DNA of 60,491 nucleotides, the filler included, from Nemertoderma westbladi (Eukaryota; Animalia; Xenacoelomorpha), in NCBI GenBank assembly GCA_032718475.1. It is 3 parts of 3 records of this genome, joined end to end, with 100 filler letters (N's around TTAATTAATTAA, not from the genome) between each part and the next. Parts side by side here need not be neighbours in the genome. Positions count along the whole stretch, not along the records: positions 1 to 28,298 come from JAUCBJ010003742.1; positions 28,399 to 52,624 come from JAUCBJ010006146.1; 1 more part is not named here. One strand, written 5' to 3'. Both the position numbers and the translations under genes were made by a program. Positions 25,262 through 35,686 of this stretch are shown here, one piece after another. Each line of letters opens with the position of its first letter. Position 1 is the first letter of the stretch. The notes beneath the pieces were generated by a model, which had not been told where the DNA came from, searched no databases, and saw nothing but the letters and a program-made list of their open reading frames with translations.

Positions 25262-27384
25262 GAGCTCGGCTCGGTCTTGCACGATTGGGCACGATTTAGT
25301 TCGACTTGGCTTGATCGGCTCGGTTTGGCTCGATTAGGCTCGGCTCGGCTCGATCTGACTCGACTCAGCTTGATTCGGCTCAATCGGCTCGATTGGGTTC
25401 GACTTGGCTCGGTCCAGCTCGACTTGGCTCGATTGGGCTCGATTCAGCTCAATCTGCTCGACTCGGCTCGAATCGGCTCAATTGGGATTGATTGGGCTTG
25501 ACTCGGCAGTCTGGCTCGATTGGGCTCGACTTGGCTCGGTCTGGCTCAGTCTGGTTCGACTCGGCTTGATTGGGCTCAACTCGGCTCGATTGGGCTCGAC
25601 TCGGCTTGATTGGGCTCAATCCGGGCTCAATTTGGCGTGACACGGCTCGGCTCGGCTCGGCTCGGCTCGGCTCGGCTCGGCTCGGCTCGGCTCGGCTCGG
25701 CTCGGCTCGGCTCGGCTCGGCTCGGCTCGGCTCGGCTCGGCTCGGCTCGGCTCGGCTCGGCTCGGCTCGGCTCGGCTCGGCTCGGCTCGGCTCGGCTCGG
25801 CTCGGCTCGGCTCGGCTCGGCTCGGCTCGGCTCGGCTCGGCTCGGCTCGGCTCGGCTCGGCTCGGCTCGGCTCGGCTCGGCTCGGCTCGGCTCGGCTCGG
25901 CTCGGCTCGGCTCGGCTCGGCTCGGCTCGGCTCGGCTCGGCTCGGCTCGGCTCGGCTCGGCTCGGCTCGGCTCGGCTCGGCTCGGCTCGGCTCGGCTCGG
26001 CTCGGCTCGGCTCGGCTCGGCCCGGCTCGGCTCGGCTCGGCTCGGCTCGGCTCGGCTCGGCTCGGCTCGGCTCGGCTCGGCTCGGCTCGGCTCGGCTCGG
26101 CTCGGCTCGGCTCCGGCTCGGCTCGGCTCGGCTCGCTCGGCTCGGCTCGGCTCGGCCGGCTCGCTCGGCTGGCTCGGCTCGGCTCGGCTCGCTGGGGCTC
26201 GGCTCGGCTCGGTCTGAGTCGACTCAGCTCGATTCGGCTCAATTGGGTTCGACTTGGCTCGGTCCGGCTTGACTTGGCTCAATTGGGCTCGATTCGGCTC
26301 AATCCGCACGACTCGGCTCGATTGGGATTGATTGGGCTTGACTTGGCTCAATTTGGCTCAACTTGGCTTAGTCCGGCTCAATTGGGCTCGGTCCAGCTCA
26401 ATTGGGCTCGACTAGGCTTGATTGGGCTCGACTCGGCTCTATTGGGCTCGACTCGACTCGATTGGGCTTGACTCGGCTTAGTCTGGCTCGACTCGGCTTG
26501 ATTGGGCTTATCTTGGCTCGTCCGGCTCGACTCGGCTGATTGGGCTCGACTCGACTCAGTCCGGCTCAATTTGGCATGACACAGCTCAAATCGGCTCGAT
26601 TGGGCTCGTCTCGGCTCGGTCTGACTCGATTCAGCTCGATTCGGCTCGATTGGGTTCAACTCGGTCCGGCTTGTCTTGGCTCACTCAATTGGGCTCGATT
26701 CAGCTCAATCTGCTCGACTCGGCTCGATTGGGCTCGAATCGGCTCGATTGGGATTGATTGGGCTTGACTCGGCTCGATTTGGTTCAACTTGACTCAGTCC
26801 TGCTTGATTGGGCTCGACTTGGCTCGGTCCGGCTCATTTGGGATCGACTAGGCTTAATTGGGATCGACTCGGCTCTATTGGGCTCGACTCGACTCGATTG
26901 GGCTTGACTCGGCTCAGCCTGGCTCGACTCGGCTTGATTGGGCTCAACTCGGCGCTCGATTTGGTTCGACTCGGCTTGATCGCCTCGATTGGTTCTATTC
27001 AGCTCGATCGGTATGATTCGGCTCGATTGACACACGCTGCTGGAAGGGTCAAAGCCAAACTCCCGTGCTGCTCGAAGGGACAAAGTCAAACAGTGTGTCT
27101 ATTATTTGATGTAACTCACGTGCTGGCTCGAAGGGCGCAACATCATATATCAAGGGTCAAAGCAAAACTCACGTGCTGCTCGAAGGGACAAAGTCAAACA
27201 GTGTGTCTATTATTTGATGTAACTCACGTGCTGCTCGAAGGGCGCAAATACATATATCGAAGGGTCAAAGCCAAACACACGTGCTGCTCGAAGGGACAAA
27301 GTCAAACATTGTGTCTAATATTTGATTAACTCACGTGCTGCTCGAAGGGCGCAACTACATATATCGAAACAAGCCCCTGTCTTG
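25262..27384. repeat. Composite repeat, copy 2, containing a nearly pure (GGCTC)n tract at ~25643-26110
   Basis: Direct inspection; pentamer periodicity explains the LGSAR/AEPSR ORFs. A further degenerate pentamer block follows at ~27577-27858. Confidence 0.9.
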
Positions 27385-27859
27385 AATTTTAATTATATGA
27401 AAATCCTTGCCTTCAGTACAAAATATCTAAAAATTCATTTACCTGAAGTATGGGTAACATTATAACTTCGCTTTTCGCACAGTAGTTAACTAAAGCAAAT
27501 ACCCTTCAGGTTGACTGAATAAATTTATTAATGTTTGCCATGCATAATGTACTATATTTGGGTCCCAAGGCCCAAAGATTGGGCTCGACTCGGCTCAGTC
27601 CGGCTCAATTGGGCTCGACTAGGCTTGATAGGGCTCGACTCGACTCAATGGGCTTGGCTCGGCTCAGTCTGGCTCGACTCTGCTCGATTGGGCTCAGTCC
27701 GGCTCAATTGGGCTCGACTAGGCTTGATTGGGCTCCTCTCGACTCATTGGGATTGACTCGGCTCAGTCTGGTTCGACTCGGCTCGATTTGGCCCAGTCCG
27801 GCTTGATTGGGCTCCACTCGGCTTGATCGGTTCTATTCGGCTCGATCAGTATGATTCAG

Positions 27860-28298
27860 TACGTCGTTTCCAGGATCTAAGTTGGTGCTTAGGATATACG
27901 TTGTTTCCAGGATCTAGTTCGCATCTATGATTTAAGTTCGTGTCTGGGATCTAAGTTCTCATCTACAGTAGTATCAGAGATCGTGTTGCTTCCAAGATCT
28001 AAGTTCATATCTAGTATCTAAGTTTGCTTCCAGGATCTAAGTACATATCTAGGATCTAAGTTCGCTTCCAGGATCTATGTTCAGTTCACGTTGCTTTCGG
28101 ATCTAAGTTCGTATCTAGGATTTAAGTTCGCTTCCAAGATCTAAATTCATATCTAGGATCCAAGTTCGCTTCCAGGATCTAAGTTCACATCTAGGATCTA
28201 TGTTCACGTTGCTTTCGGATCGAAGTTCGTATCTAGGATCTAAGTTCGCTTCCAAGACCGAAGTTCATATCTAGGATCTAAGTTCGCTTCCAGGATCT
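27860..28298. repeat. Degenerate ~19-21-bp minisatellite (CAGGATCTAAGTTCGCTTC)
   Basis: Repeated GGATCTAAGTTC cores running up to the contig end. Confidence 0.85.
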
Positions 28299-28398
28299 NN
28301 NNNNNNNNNNNNNNNNNNNNNNNNNNNNNNNNNNNNNNNNNNTTAATTAATTAANNNNNNNNNNNNNNNNNNNNNNNNNNNNNNNNNNNNNNNNNNNN
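28299..28398. other. Artificial contig linker
   Basis: N44 + TTAATTAATTAA (stops in all six frames) + N44. Confidence 0.97.
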
Positions 28399-28514
28399 AT
28401 TATAAAAAGTAGGTAACACGGATGGTCACGGATTCAAACCCTACTCACGGAAAAATAAAAACCAACACAAAATAAATAATATAGTAAACTTTCATGTATA
28501 CCATAGTAAATAAA

Positions 28515-29030
28515 CTAATTTAATAATAAAGTTTGTAAAATAGATAATGATTCGGGGAATTCACCGGCTGGACACATGGAAACGATTTTATTACTATGAA
28601 ATACACTGAAATATGCACGTCCTATATATATTCTAATCGCGCAAAATAATTCGGGGGTATAGCTAATAAATATTGCTTTATTATTAATTGTATGATGTCC
28701 ACATTTTTTCATTAATAATTTAAAATTAACACTTGGAAAAATAATAGTTCGTGTTTCGGTATTAAGTTTCAAATTTTGCAATTGCATCCCGATAGTTTGT
28801 TTTAAATAAAGCAATTCACTAGCTAAATTATTGCACAGGCCTACAATTGTTACTGCGCCGCTGGGAAATAGCATTATAGTTGAATCGTCACCTTTGTAGA
28901 TAAACATGTTTGGTTTTAAGCAACTTTGACCTGTAATTTGCTGTGAAATTTTATCTAGTTCAAATTTGGCAATGTTTTTTCCGGTAAACTGTTTATTGGT
29001 TATTTCTATTTTGTTGTTCAATTTCTTATT
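28515..29030 (-). CDS. Divergent TATA-binding-protein (TBP)-fold protein; no ATG at the 5' end, probably spliced
   Basis: Two TBP-like repeats: TIMLFPSGAVTIVG (cf. TALIFSSGKMVCTG) and ISYTPELFCAIRI...FSVFHSNKIV (cf. SYEPELFPGLIY...LIFVSGKVV). About 170 aa, the size of a TBP core. Confidence 0.7.
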   Translation of the reverse strand, partial: NKKLNNKIEITNKQFTGKNIAKFELDKISQQITGQSCLKPNMFIYKGDDSTIMLFPSGAVTIVGLCNNLASELLYLKQTIGMQLQNLKLNTETRTIIFPSVNFKLLMKKCGHHTINNKAIFISYTPELFCAIRIYIGRAYFSVFHSNKIVSMCPAGEFPESLSILQTLLLN

Positions 29031-29044
29031 CTAGAAAAATAAAA

Positions 29045-32000
29045 TTAAATCCTAGTAGGGGGGATTACTACTCGTTTCGCCGGTCTAACAAGCTTAGTGC
29101 TATAGTGTCCGTATGGTTTGCTGCTATATTTACTACTCCAATATGATTTCGTATCCCAGAGCGTTAGTGCCTTCTTATAGACATGACCAGTAAAAATTTG
29201 ATGCTTTCTAGAAGTGAAGGTAGAGTTATAGCGGAAGAGCATTGCCTCGTTTTCAAAACAGTCTGCATAATCCTCGTGTGTTAGTTGCTTAGCGACAACC
29301 GATCTAGATACTCCTTTGGCGGTTTTCTTGATTGGGGCATCATAGGATTGAAAACTGTAGACCTTTGGTTTAAGGAAAACCCACTGTTTATACTGCAAAC
29401 CGCAGCTCTCATCTTTTACGAAGCCGAGAGCCGCTTTGTGTTTAATGGTATAGAGTGGATGTGTTGTACTGTAGTTGGAAGTATCTAGGAAACCACCCTC
29501 AAACATTGCCCGTAGAAAGGTTAGCTGTGGTGTATTAGTTACGCTTAGCATTAGAGAATCCGTGTCACCGGCTAGACAGCGAATCTGGCAATCCAGTTTT
29601 TGTTCTAGAGGCTTCAGTTTGTTGTAAAATAGGTCGTACATCTGTAGCTTAGATAGATCTAGTATAGTGCAACCGATGAACACGCCCTGATTTAGGCAAA
29701 CAGCCTCTTTAGTGAAAGTATGACCACTCAAGTTGGGGGTAAATACAACAAACGATTCGTGATTGGGCTTGGCTAAGAGCAAATCGCATTGTTCGTCGCT
29801 ATTGCATAACCTGAAAGAAACGCGGTCTCTAACCTTTTGGAGGCATTTCCCATATAAGGCATTGTTCATCAACTTATAAAATAGGACCTCGAATGGGTTA
29901 TTTGCCGACTGTCTTTTATTTGTATTAAAACTAATGTAGTCCTTGAAAATATATTTTTGTGAGAAAGAGTAGACCCTATGTACTTGTGTAAGTTTAAGAC
30001 CGAGCTTCAAATAGAGTTGAAGTAGCTTAATATGGATACCGTATTCAACCTTATTAAACTGATGTAGTAGTAGCTTAGTACAGGTATCGTTGTATGGTCT
30101 ACAGGTAGCCTTATCGGTGAGATTGTAATGCTCCCAAAGATCTTCCATGTATTCGCTAAGAAAGGATTTAGGGACTGACATCTTCTCCGCTCCTAGAGGC
30201 AGATCGGCGGTCAAATCATGAATTTCTTTCGGATAATGTAGATCAACTATGCAATAATAACCAGTATCCCCACTCGCGTCTACTGTAGCTAGGTCTATGG
30301 GGGTAGTTACGAGTTTAATATTAGCGTAGGGAAGTTTCTGGCTCAGGGCGCAGCCGTAAAGGTTATTCGCATCGATGGGAATTAGATATTTCTCGGGGAG
30401 ACTGGAGTCGTAGTCGGGTTTATCGGGAATATTTGCGTCTACGGAATGTGTATTCAAGAAAACTAGACCACCCCTAATATTTGTTTCAAAGTCCGAGTAG
30501 ATGGAAGCGTCTGATAGTAATTGAATTTCTGATTGCGTGAATTTCAGCGCCGCGTCGTAAGTTAATCCAGGGGCAGTGAAGTACATTACGGGCTCGAGTC
30601 CATAATTAGTAAGACAGAGGGATCGGAACTGCTCGAAAGTATCAGCCAATAGGGTAACATCTAGAACCAAATAGCCAATCATGTAATCGAAGATTGTTGC
30701 GCAGTTTAATTCATCCCAAGTAGTAAGCGCGCGCTGATAGTTCTCTGCGCTACATTGTTCCAATTTGAGATCATTATAGAAGCTTTCTATTGGGGGGAGT
30801 GTAGTTTCGTATAGGTTTGAAATATTTTGAATGTAGGAATATGGGAATACGCCCTTGTTTTTTATTGTGTTATCGCTAATGATGGGATAGAGTCGGGTCA
30901 TTTGAGCTAGTGTATGGGGTATGGCTGTTGCTAGGTTACTGTTATTTTTAGTGAGATAGCTACTAAGATTATCTAGGCTGGCAGTCATAAACTGATAGGA
31001 ATCTAGAAAATTAATGGAGATACTTTCTTTAGCGTTGGCTGTTGGTGTACTCGGATCGATTGGAAAGCTAACTTTAAGGTGAATATAAGTTTCGGTGTTT
31101 TTTGGTATTACAGTCATTTTCCAGTGTGTTCTAGAACTATCGGTCATTCCTTCTTTTAGTAGTAAATGCATATCGAATTTCCTCAAGTTATGAAATATAA
31201 TATAAAAATTATTCCGTTTTAGGGAAAGTTTCCTGTTGCAGCTGACGCAGGCAGCCCCCCGATACTCCCCGCTATAATGATCATGATCGCGGACTTTGGT
31301 GCTGAGATTGTCATTGAGGTTTAAATTATGAGAATCAGGGGTTAAATTACAGTTGCAGACGTAGCATTGTGTAGCGTTATTAAAGTCAGTTTGTTGGCTA
31401 GTAGTGAGTTGCATGGGGGCGTGCGTGTTTGTACTAGAAATGGACCAATCATATAACTCCCTACAATGACTTTCCATAGCGGTTAGAAAGTCGCGCATTA
31501 CGTGGTTACTGCCATCGTCGCGGAAAATTTGAACATCTGTTTTAGGAGGGTTAATTAATTTCTGATTTGGTACTGTATAAAAGGCTGCCGCGCTAGCTAT
31601 ATGTTTCTGTGGGAGTTTAATATTGTTTGTAGGTTCTAGAATAGTTTCAATGTCGGCGTATATACAGAAAGGCGGGGATAGAGTCTTATCGTACCTGTCA
31701 AATTTAACCAAGAGATTTTCGGGCATATACTCGAGTTGGCGTTTACCCGTATAGCAACGCTCTCGATGTTCTTCCAATGATTTGTCAGTGTAAAAGCCTC
31801 TGAGACAGCGTTCGCAGTGCGTCTTGTTACCGTTAGAATCTTTTGTATTTATTAGTCTATCTATGTTAGTAATAGCTACGTAGTGGGCAGGGTTTTTGCT
31901 TGTGGCTTCGATAAATAATAAGTTTAGTACAGTTTTACCGGAACAGTGCGCGCTATCTGGTTGACTTAGAATGGAGAGTTCTTCCGTATTACTCCAATAA

Positions 32001-33097
32001 AGAAGGTTTATACAGTATATAGGGTTGGCTTTCAGAAACTGGGGAATACCAGTTACTCTGTCCACCGGAAAACTTAAATTCGAAAAATCAAACATGTTTA
32101 GAAAAGGGGTATACGTTGAAATTCTTTTGATATTATTTTGTTTTCTATCAATTTTCTTATAATTTGCGGCGGCCAATACTGCGTATTTAAAGCATTCCCC
32201 CAGCGGGCAGTCTACGCTTACGGTACATTTTTTATTTAATAATAATTTAGAATTATTGAAGCCTTGACCCTTTAAATAGGGGTTGCGTTGGGACCGCGCA
32301 ATCTCAATAGTTATTCGCTCGATGGCTATTATGCGCCAACCCGAGCCGAGGCAGAGAAACACGCTTAACAGTTGATCGATACGATTGACGGCGCCAGAAA
32401 ACCAGTTATTAAAGTCGCTATTATTCAGAATTTGATTATTGTTACCGCTAGATTTAAAACAGAATGATTCAATTTGAAATCCCTCGCTGGTTTCACGCTC
32501 CATTACGATGTTGATTGTAAGCCAGACTCTTAAAAAAGTTCCCATGGCACTACGTAAATGGCTACTAACGTGTTCTTGAATGTGTGGAAAATTTTCATTT
32601 AATGTTAATTCTGCGTCGAGTCTTGTTTCTGCGAGGTCGTTGTTATAGGTAAACAGTCGTCCGTGTGCGCTTCCGTTGGAGGGGGGTTGAAATGGATTGT
32701 TTGGGGAAATAGAATCTCGTGAAGTTGAAGGTTCATTATTGGAGCCGCCGCCGCCGACTTGTTCTGGAGTAGAGTTGATGGGGGATGAGTGGGAGGTAGT
32801 CGGAGTTTTGCGTTTCCGCGAAAAAAGTCGAGTATAGCATTCATGCTCAGTAAAGGATGACAGGGTGAGCGAATCCCCGCAGCGGCAATCGGCTGGCTCG
32901 TTTACGTAACTAAATCCTGTTCCCCCCTGAGGACACGAAGCAAGATGGCCAACCAGCGTCTTCTTTTCCGAAGACCAAGTCGGACAGCAGTCGCATCGAT
33001 ATTGCGCGAAATGAGTTTTAATATGGCGAGATAAATTATCACTCCGCGTCTCTTTGTTGCAGATGGGGCAGCTAACTTTATTGGTAGACATAGGCAT
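29045..33097 (-). CDS. Protein-primed family B DNA polymerase (Polinton pPolB)
   Basis: 1350-aa intact ORF: N-terminal C2H2 zinc finger, GSGW, CFKYAV/HYVAI (OTU-like), YADIE (ExoI), DHDHYSGEYRG..C..CN (EndoVII/HNH-like), FHNLRKFD, FLDSYQFM, KGVFPY, DANNLYG, KLMNNALYGK, GDTDS, KPKVYS. Confidence 0.96.
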   Translation of the reverse strand: MPMSTNKVSCPICNKETRSDNLSRHIKTHFAQYRCDCCPTWSSEKKTLVGHLASCPQGGTGFSYVNEPADCRCGDSLTLSSFTEHECYTRLFSRKRKTPTTSHSSPINSTPEQVGGGGSNNEPSTSRDSISPNNPFQPPSNGSAHGRLFTYNNDLAETRLDAELTLNENFPHIQEHVSSHLRSAMGTFLRVWLTINIVMERETSEGFQIESFCFKSSGNNNQILNNSDFNNWFSGAVNRIDQLLSVFLCLGSGWRIIAIERITIEIARSQRNPYLKGQGFNNSKLLLNKKCTVSVDCPLGECFKYAVLAAANYKKIDRKQNNIKRISTYTPFLNMFDFSNLSFPVDRVTGIPQFLKANPIYCINLLYWSNTEELSILSQPDSAHCSGKTVLNLLFIEATSKNPAHYVAITNIDRLINTKDSNGNKTHCERCLRGFYTDKSLEEHRERCYTGKRQLEYMPENLLVKFDRYDKTLSPPFCIYADIETILEPTNNIKLPQKHIASAAAFYTVPNQKLINPPKTDVQIFRDDGSNHVMRDFLTAMESHCRELYDWSISSTNTHAPMQLTTSQQTDFNNATQCYVCNCNLTPDSHNLNLNDNLSTKVRDHDHYSGEYRGAACVSCNRKLSLKRNNFYIIFHNLRKFDMHLLLKEGMTDSSRTHWKMTVIPKNTETYIHLKVSFPIDPSTPTANAKESISINFLDSYQFMTASLDNLSSYLTKNNSNLATAIPHTLAQMTRLYPIISDNTIKNKGVFPYSYIQNISNLYETTLPPIESFYNDLKLEQCSAENYQRALTTWDELNCATIFDYMIGYLVLDVTLLADTFEQFRSLCLTNYGLEPVMYFTAPGLTYDAALKFTQSEIQLLSDASIYSDFETNIRGGLVFLNTHSVDANIPDKPDYDSSLPEKYLIPIDANNLYGCALSQKLPYANIKLVTTPIDLATVDASGDTGYYCIVDLHYPKEIHDLTADLPLGAEKMSVPKSFLSEYMEDLWEHYNLTDKATCRPYNDTCTKLLLHQFNKVEYGIHIKLLQLYLKLGLKLTQVHRVYSFSQKYIFKDYISFNTNKRQSANNPFEVLFYKLMNNALYGKCLQKVRDRVSFRLCNSDEQCDLLLAKPNHESFVVFTPNLSGHTFTKEAVCLNQGVFIGCTILDLSKLQMYDLFYNKLKPLEQKLDCQIRCLAGDTDSLMLSVTNTPQLTFLRAMFEGGFLDTSNYSTTHPLYTIKHKAALGFVKDESCGLQYKQWVFLKPKVYSFQSYDAPIKKTAKGVSRSVVAKQLTHEDYADCFENEAMLFRYNSTFTSRKHQIFTGHVYKKALTLWDTKSYWSSKYSSKPYGHYSTKLVRPAKRVVIPPTRI

Positions 33098-33624
33098 CTT
33101 GAATCTAGAAAAATATGTTGATTATTCGTAAAAAAAAAAATAAAAAATACTGTATACGTGCTAAAAATAAAGTAAAACAGTAGGTATTAATTGGTTACTA
33201 GGCAACAATACTGTGTTTGTATAGTTAGGCCTATTGCTGTATTGTAGCAATCAGTCAGTGAAACATAAAGCAGACCGTCGGTAGTGCCTAGTGCAGTAGT
33301 GTTAGTGTACCAGCGGTCAGATAGTGGCGATAACCAAGACACAATAGCGATGGCAGTTATTATTCGTGGAAAGAGGGTCTATAAACAGCAGTCAGTCAGT
33401 GCAGTAGTGCTAGTGATATAGTCTGCTACAAGTCAGACGTACCGGTAGCGTTAACCAATAGAAATCAACGATAGGCTTAGCTAATCGCTGTGTGAGATCT
33501 CAGTTAGTCAGTAGGATATATAGTGAAAACTGCAGTATTCATTGTTGTTCAGTAGGGTCTATATCGTTACTACAGTGGCACTAGGCTAACTCGAATGATG
33601 CGGTACCGATAGTCAGGTAGACAG

Positions 33625-34405
33625 GCAGATAGACAGATGTAGGCCTATTGATCGAATGCTTCGATCACGGTTTAGGCTATCGGTATCACCGCAGTCTGAC
33701 AGTAATTAATAATGAGCCTACTGCAATACTGTTGTATCGGTAGACATTAGGCCTAAATGTAAATTGTTTGCTAGCGGCGTCGATGGAGATGGTGGAAGGC
33801 AGATTTTACTTACGGTGTTAGTAAATATTCACGGAAAGAAGAAGTTTGGATGTTCGCGAAGAAGTTGGTTGACGTGGACGACGAGAGAGTTTATCAATCG
33901 ATAGAACGGAATGATATCGGAAATTAGAAATACTGGAATATTACGCGGCGGATATGTGGAAAGTTTGTTGTCGACGATGAGCGATAGCGCGGCGAAATGA
34001 TACTAGAAAAATAAGATGATTATTTGTAAAAAGATAAAAAATACTGTAAGCAGATAGGCGGATGTAAGCCTATTGATCGAATGCTTCGATCACGGTTTAG
34101 GCTATCGGTACCACCGCAGTCTGACAGTAATTAATAATGAGCCTACTGCAATACTGTTGTACCGGTAGACATTAAATGTAAATTGTTTGCTAGCGGCGTC
34201 GATGGAGATGATGGAAGGCAGATTTTACTTACGGTGTTAGTAAATATTCACGGAAAGAAGAAGTTCGGTGGCGATGAGGAAGTTGGTTGCCGTGGACGAC
34301 GAGAGAATTTATTAATCGATATAACGGAATGATATCGGAAGAATATTACGCGGCGGATACGCGGAAAGTTTGTTGTCGACGATGAACGATAGCGCGGCGA
34401 AATGA
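33625..34405 (-). repeat. ~420-bp tandem duplication upstream of pPolB, each copy with a GTAAGT donor (putative leader exons)
   Basis: 33625-34000 resembles 34050-34405; ACC|GTAAGT on the minus strand at 33813 and 34232. Confidence 0.8.
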
Positions 34406-34604
34406 CAATAATATAACTATACAACTGGATAGTTGACTGACGATAACAAATAAATATTCTTAAATAAATAATATTAAATTCGAAAACAAAATAATGGTAA
34501 ATGATGTTAATTGTAAATTGCAATTGAAATAATGACCTAATATATTAGTGGGGATGTATTAAATAGCAATTCGGTTAGTAGGGGAGGCCCTTGTCTCTTA
34601 AATG

Positions 34605-34649
34605 AGCCAATCAGAGGGCAGCAGCAGAAATGAAGCCCGCTGATTGGCT
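34605..34649. promoter_or_regulatory. Inverted pair of CCAAT (NF-Y-type) boxes, putative Polinton promoter
   Basis: AGCCAATCAG (34605-34614) and CTGATTGGCT (34640-34649), upstream of the leader duplication. Confidence 0.45.
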
Positions 34650-35351
34650 GTTCGCGCAAAAGCGGTTACCAAGGCAACTTCTCGCGTTGATGAATCTATT
34701 AGAAAACTCTTGTAAGCATCTTGACTAATTATATTGAGTTGGCTGTATAACAGAAGCAGGTCTGGTGCAAAGGAAAGGGATTAGTAGAGAGGAATGCGTG
34801 ATTAGAGGCGCTTCATTGTTATGATACGGGCTGCCTGGATATAGGAAAGGGACAAAGCGACGTCGGCTATAGTGGGAACAATGGAGGGCCGCTAGAGCAT
34901 TAGCCTTGGGCGATATACGGATTTGCTGTAGTCAAGGCCGCGATGGGATTATTAGTGAGTCATCGAGGGGGCTGCTAACAGCCGGGACCGCTGATTTATA
35001 TTTGCCTTGGGGGTATACGTATAGAAGATTCACTGCCTGTTGTATCTAGTTAATGAATAATGAGGATAGAGGAGGGGTCCCCGCCGATGAACGTAGTTGA
35101 TAGTTGCCAGTAGGGAGCCGTATACCATAGCCATTATAAAGTTAATTATAGACATTATGTCATAGTGATCTCATTGGTAATATAAAAACTAGTTAATCTA
35201 AAAATAGAAATCAATGTATAAAGTAAAAGTAATATAAACAATTAATTAATTTAAAATAAAGTACAAATGAATAAATACGAATAAAATAGAATACAAATAA
35301 TTAATTAAAATTAAATATAAATAAATAAGTATTAATGAATAAAAGAGCCGC

Positions 35352-35686
35352 GGTGTCACTTATGACACCCTCTTGCTCCTCTCTGCGACAGTTAGACATC
35401 ACTGATGACCCATTGTGTGTCGGGGCGCTAATCAGTCTGATTAATTAGGATAATCAATTAAACCCTAATTAGGAGTCATATGACACCTGTTAGGGTTTAA
35501 TTGTACTAATTAATTGATGACACCTGTCAATTAGGGTCTAATTAGCCTAATTGGGAGGTGTCACCCAGACAGTCTGGCGCCAATGACACCCAATGACACC
35601 CATGGGGTGATAATTGGGTGTCATATGACACCCAATGGGTGTCAGTGAGGTCTAACTGTCACAGAGAGGACCAAGACCCTACTACT
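35352..35686. repeat. Polinton terminal region with long foldback and TGACAC iterons
   Basis: 35371-35415 is the reverse complement of 35633-35676 with few mismatches; nested palindromes lie inside. Confidence 0.85.

Larger units (their letters stand above)
28399..35686 (-). mobile_element. Polinton/Maverick, one arm; the other end is lost at the contig break
   Basis: Minus strand begins 5'-AGTAGTAG at 35686, the typical Polinton terminus, exactly where a BEL gag ORF loses homology. Contains an intact pPolB. Confidence 0.88.

Noticed and set aside
23789-27806. Many ORFs with LGSAR/AEPSR repeats
   Set aside because: Translation by-products of a stop-poor pentamer satellite, open in several frames on both strands.
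28299-28398. TTAATTAATTAA palindrome as a biological site, and linkage between contigs
   Set aside because: An identical N-padded six-frame-stop linker occurs twice, so it is an assembly artefact.
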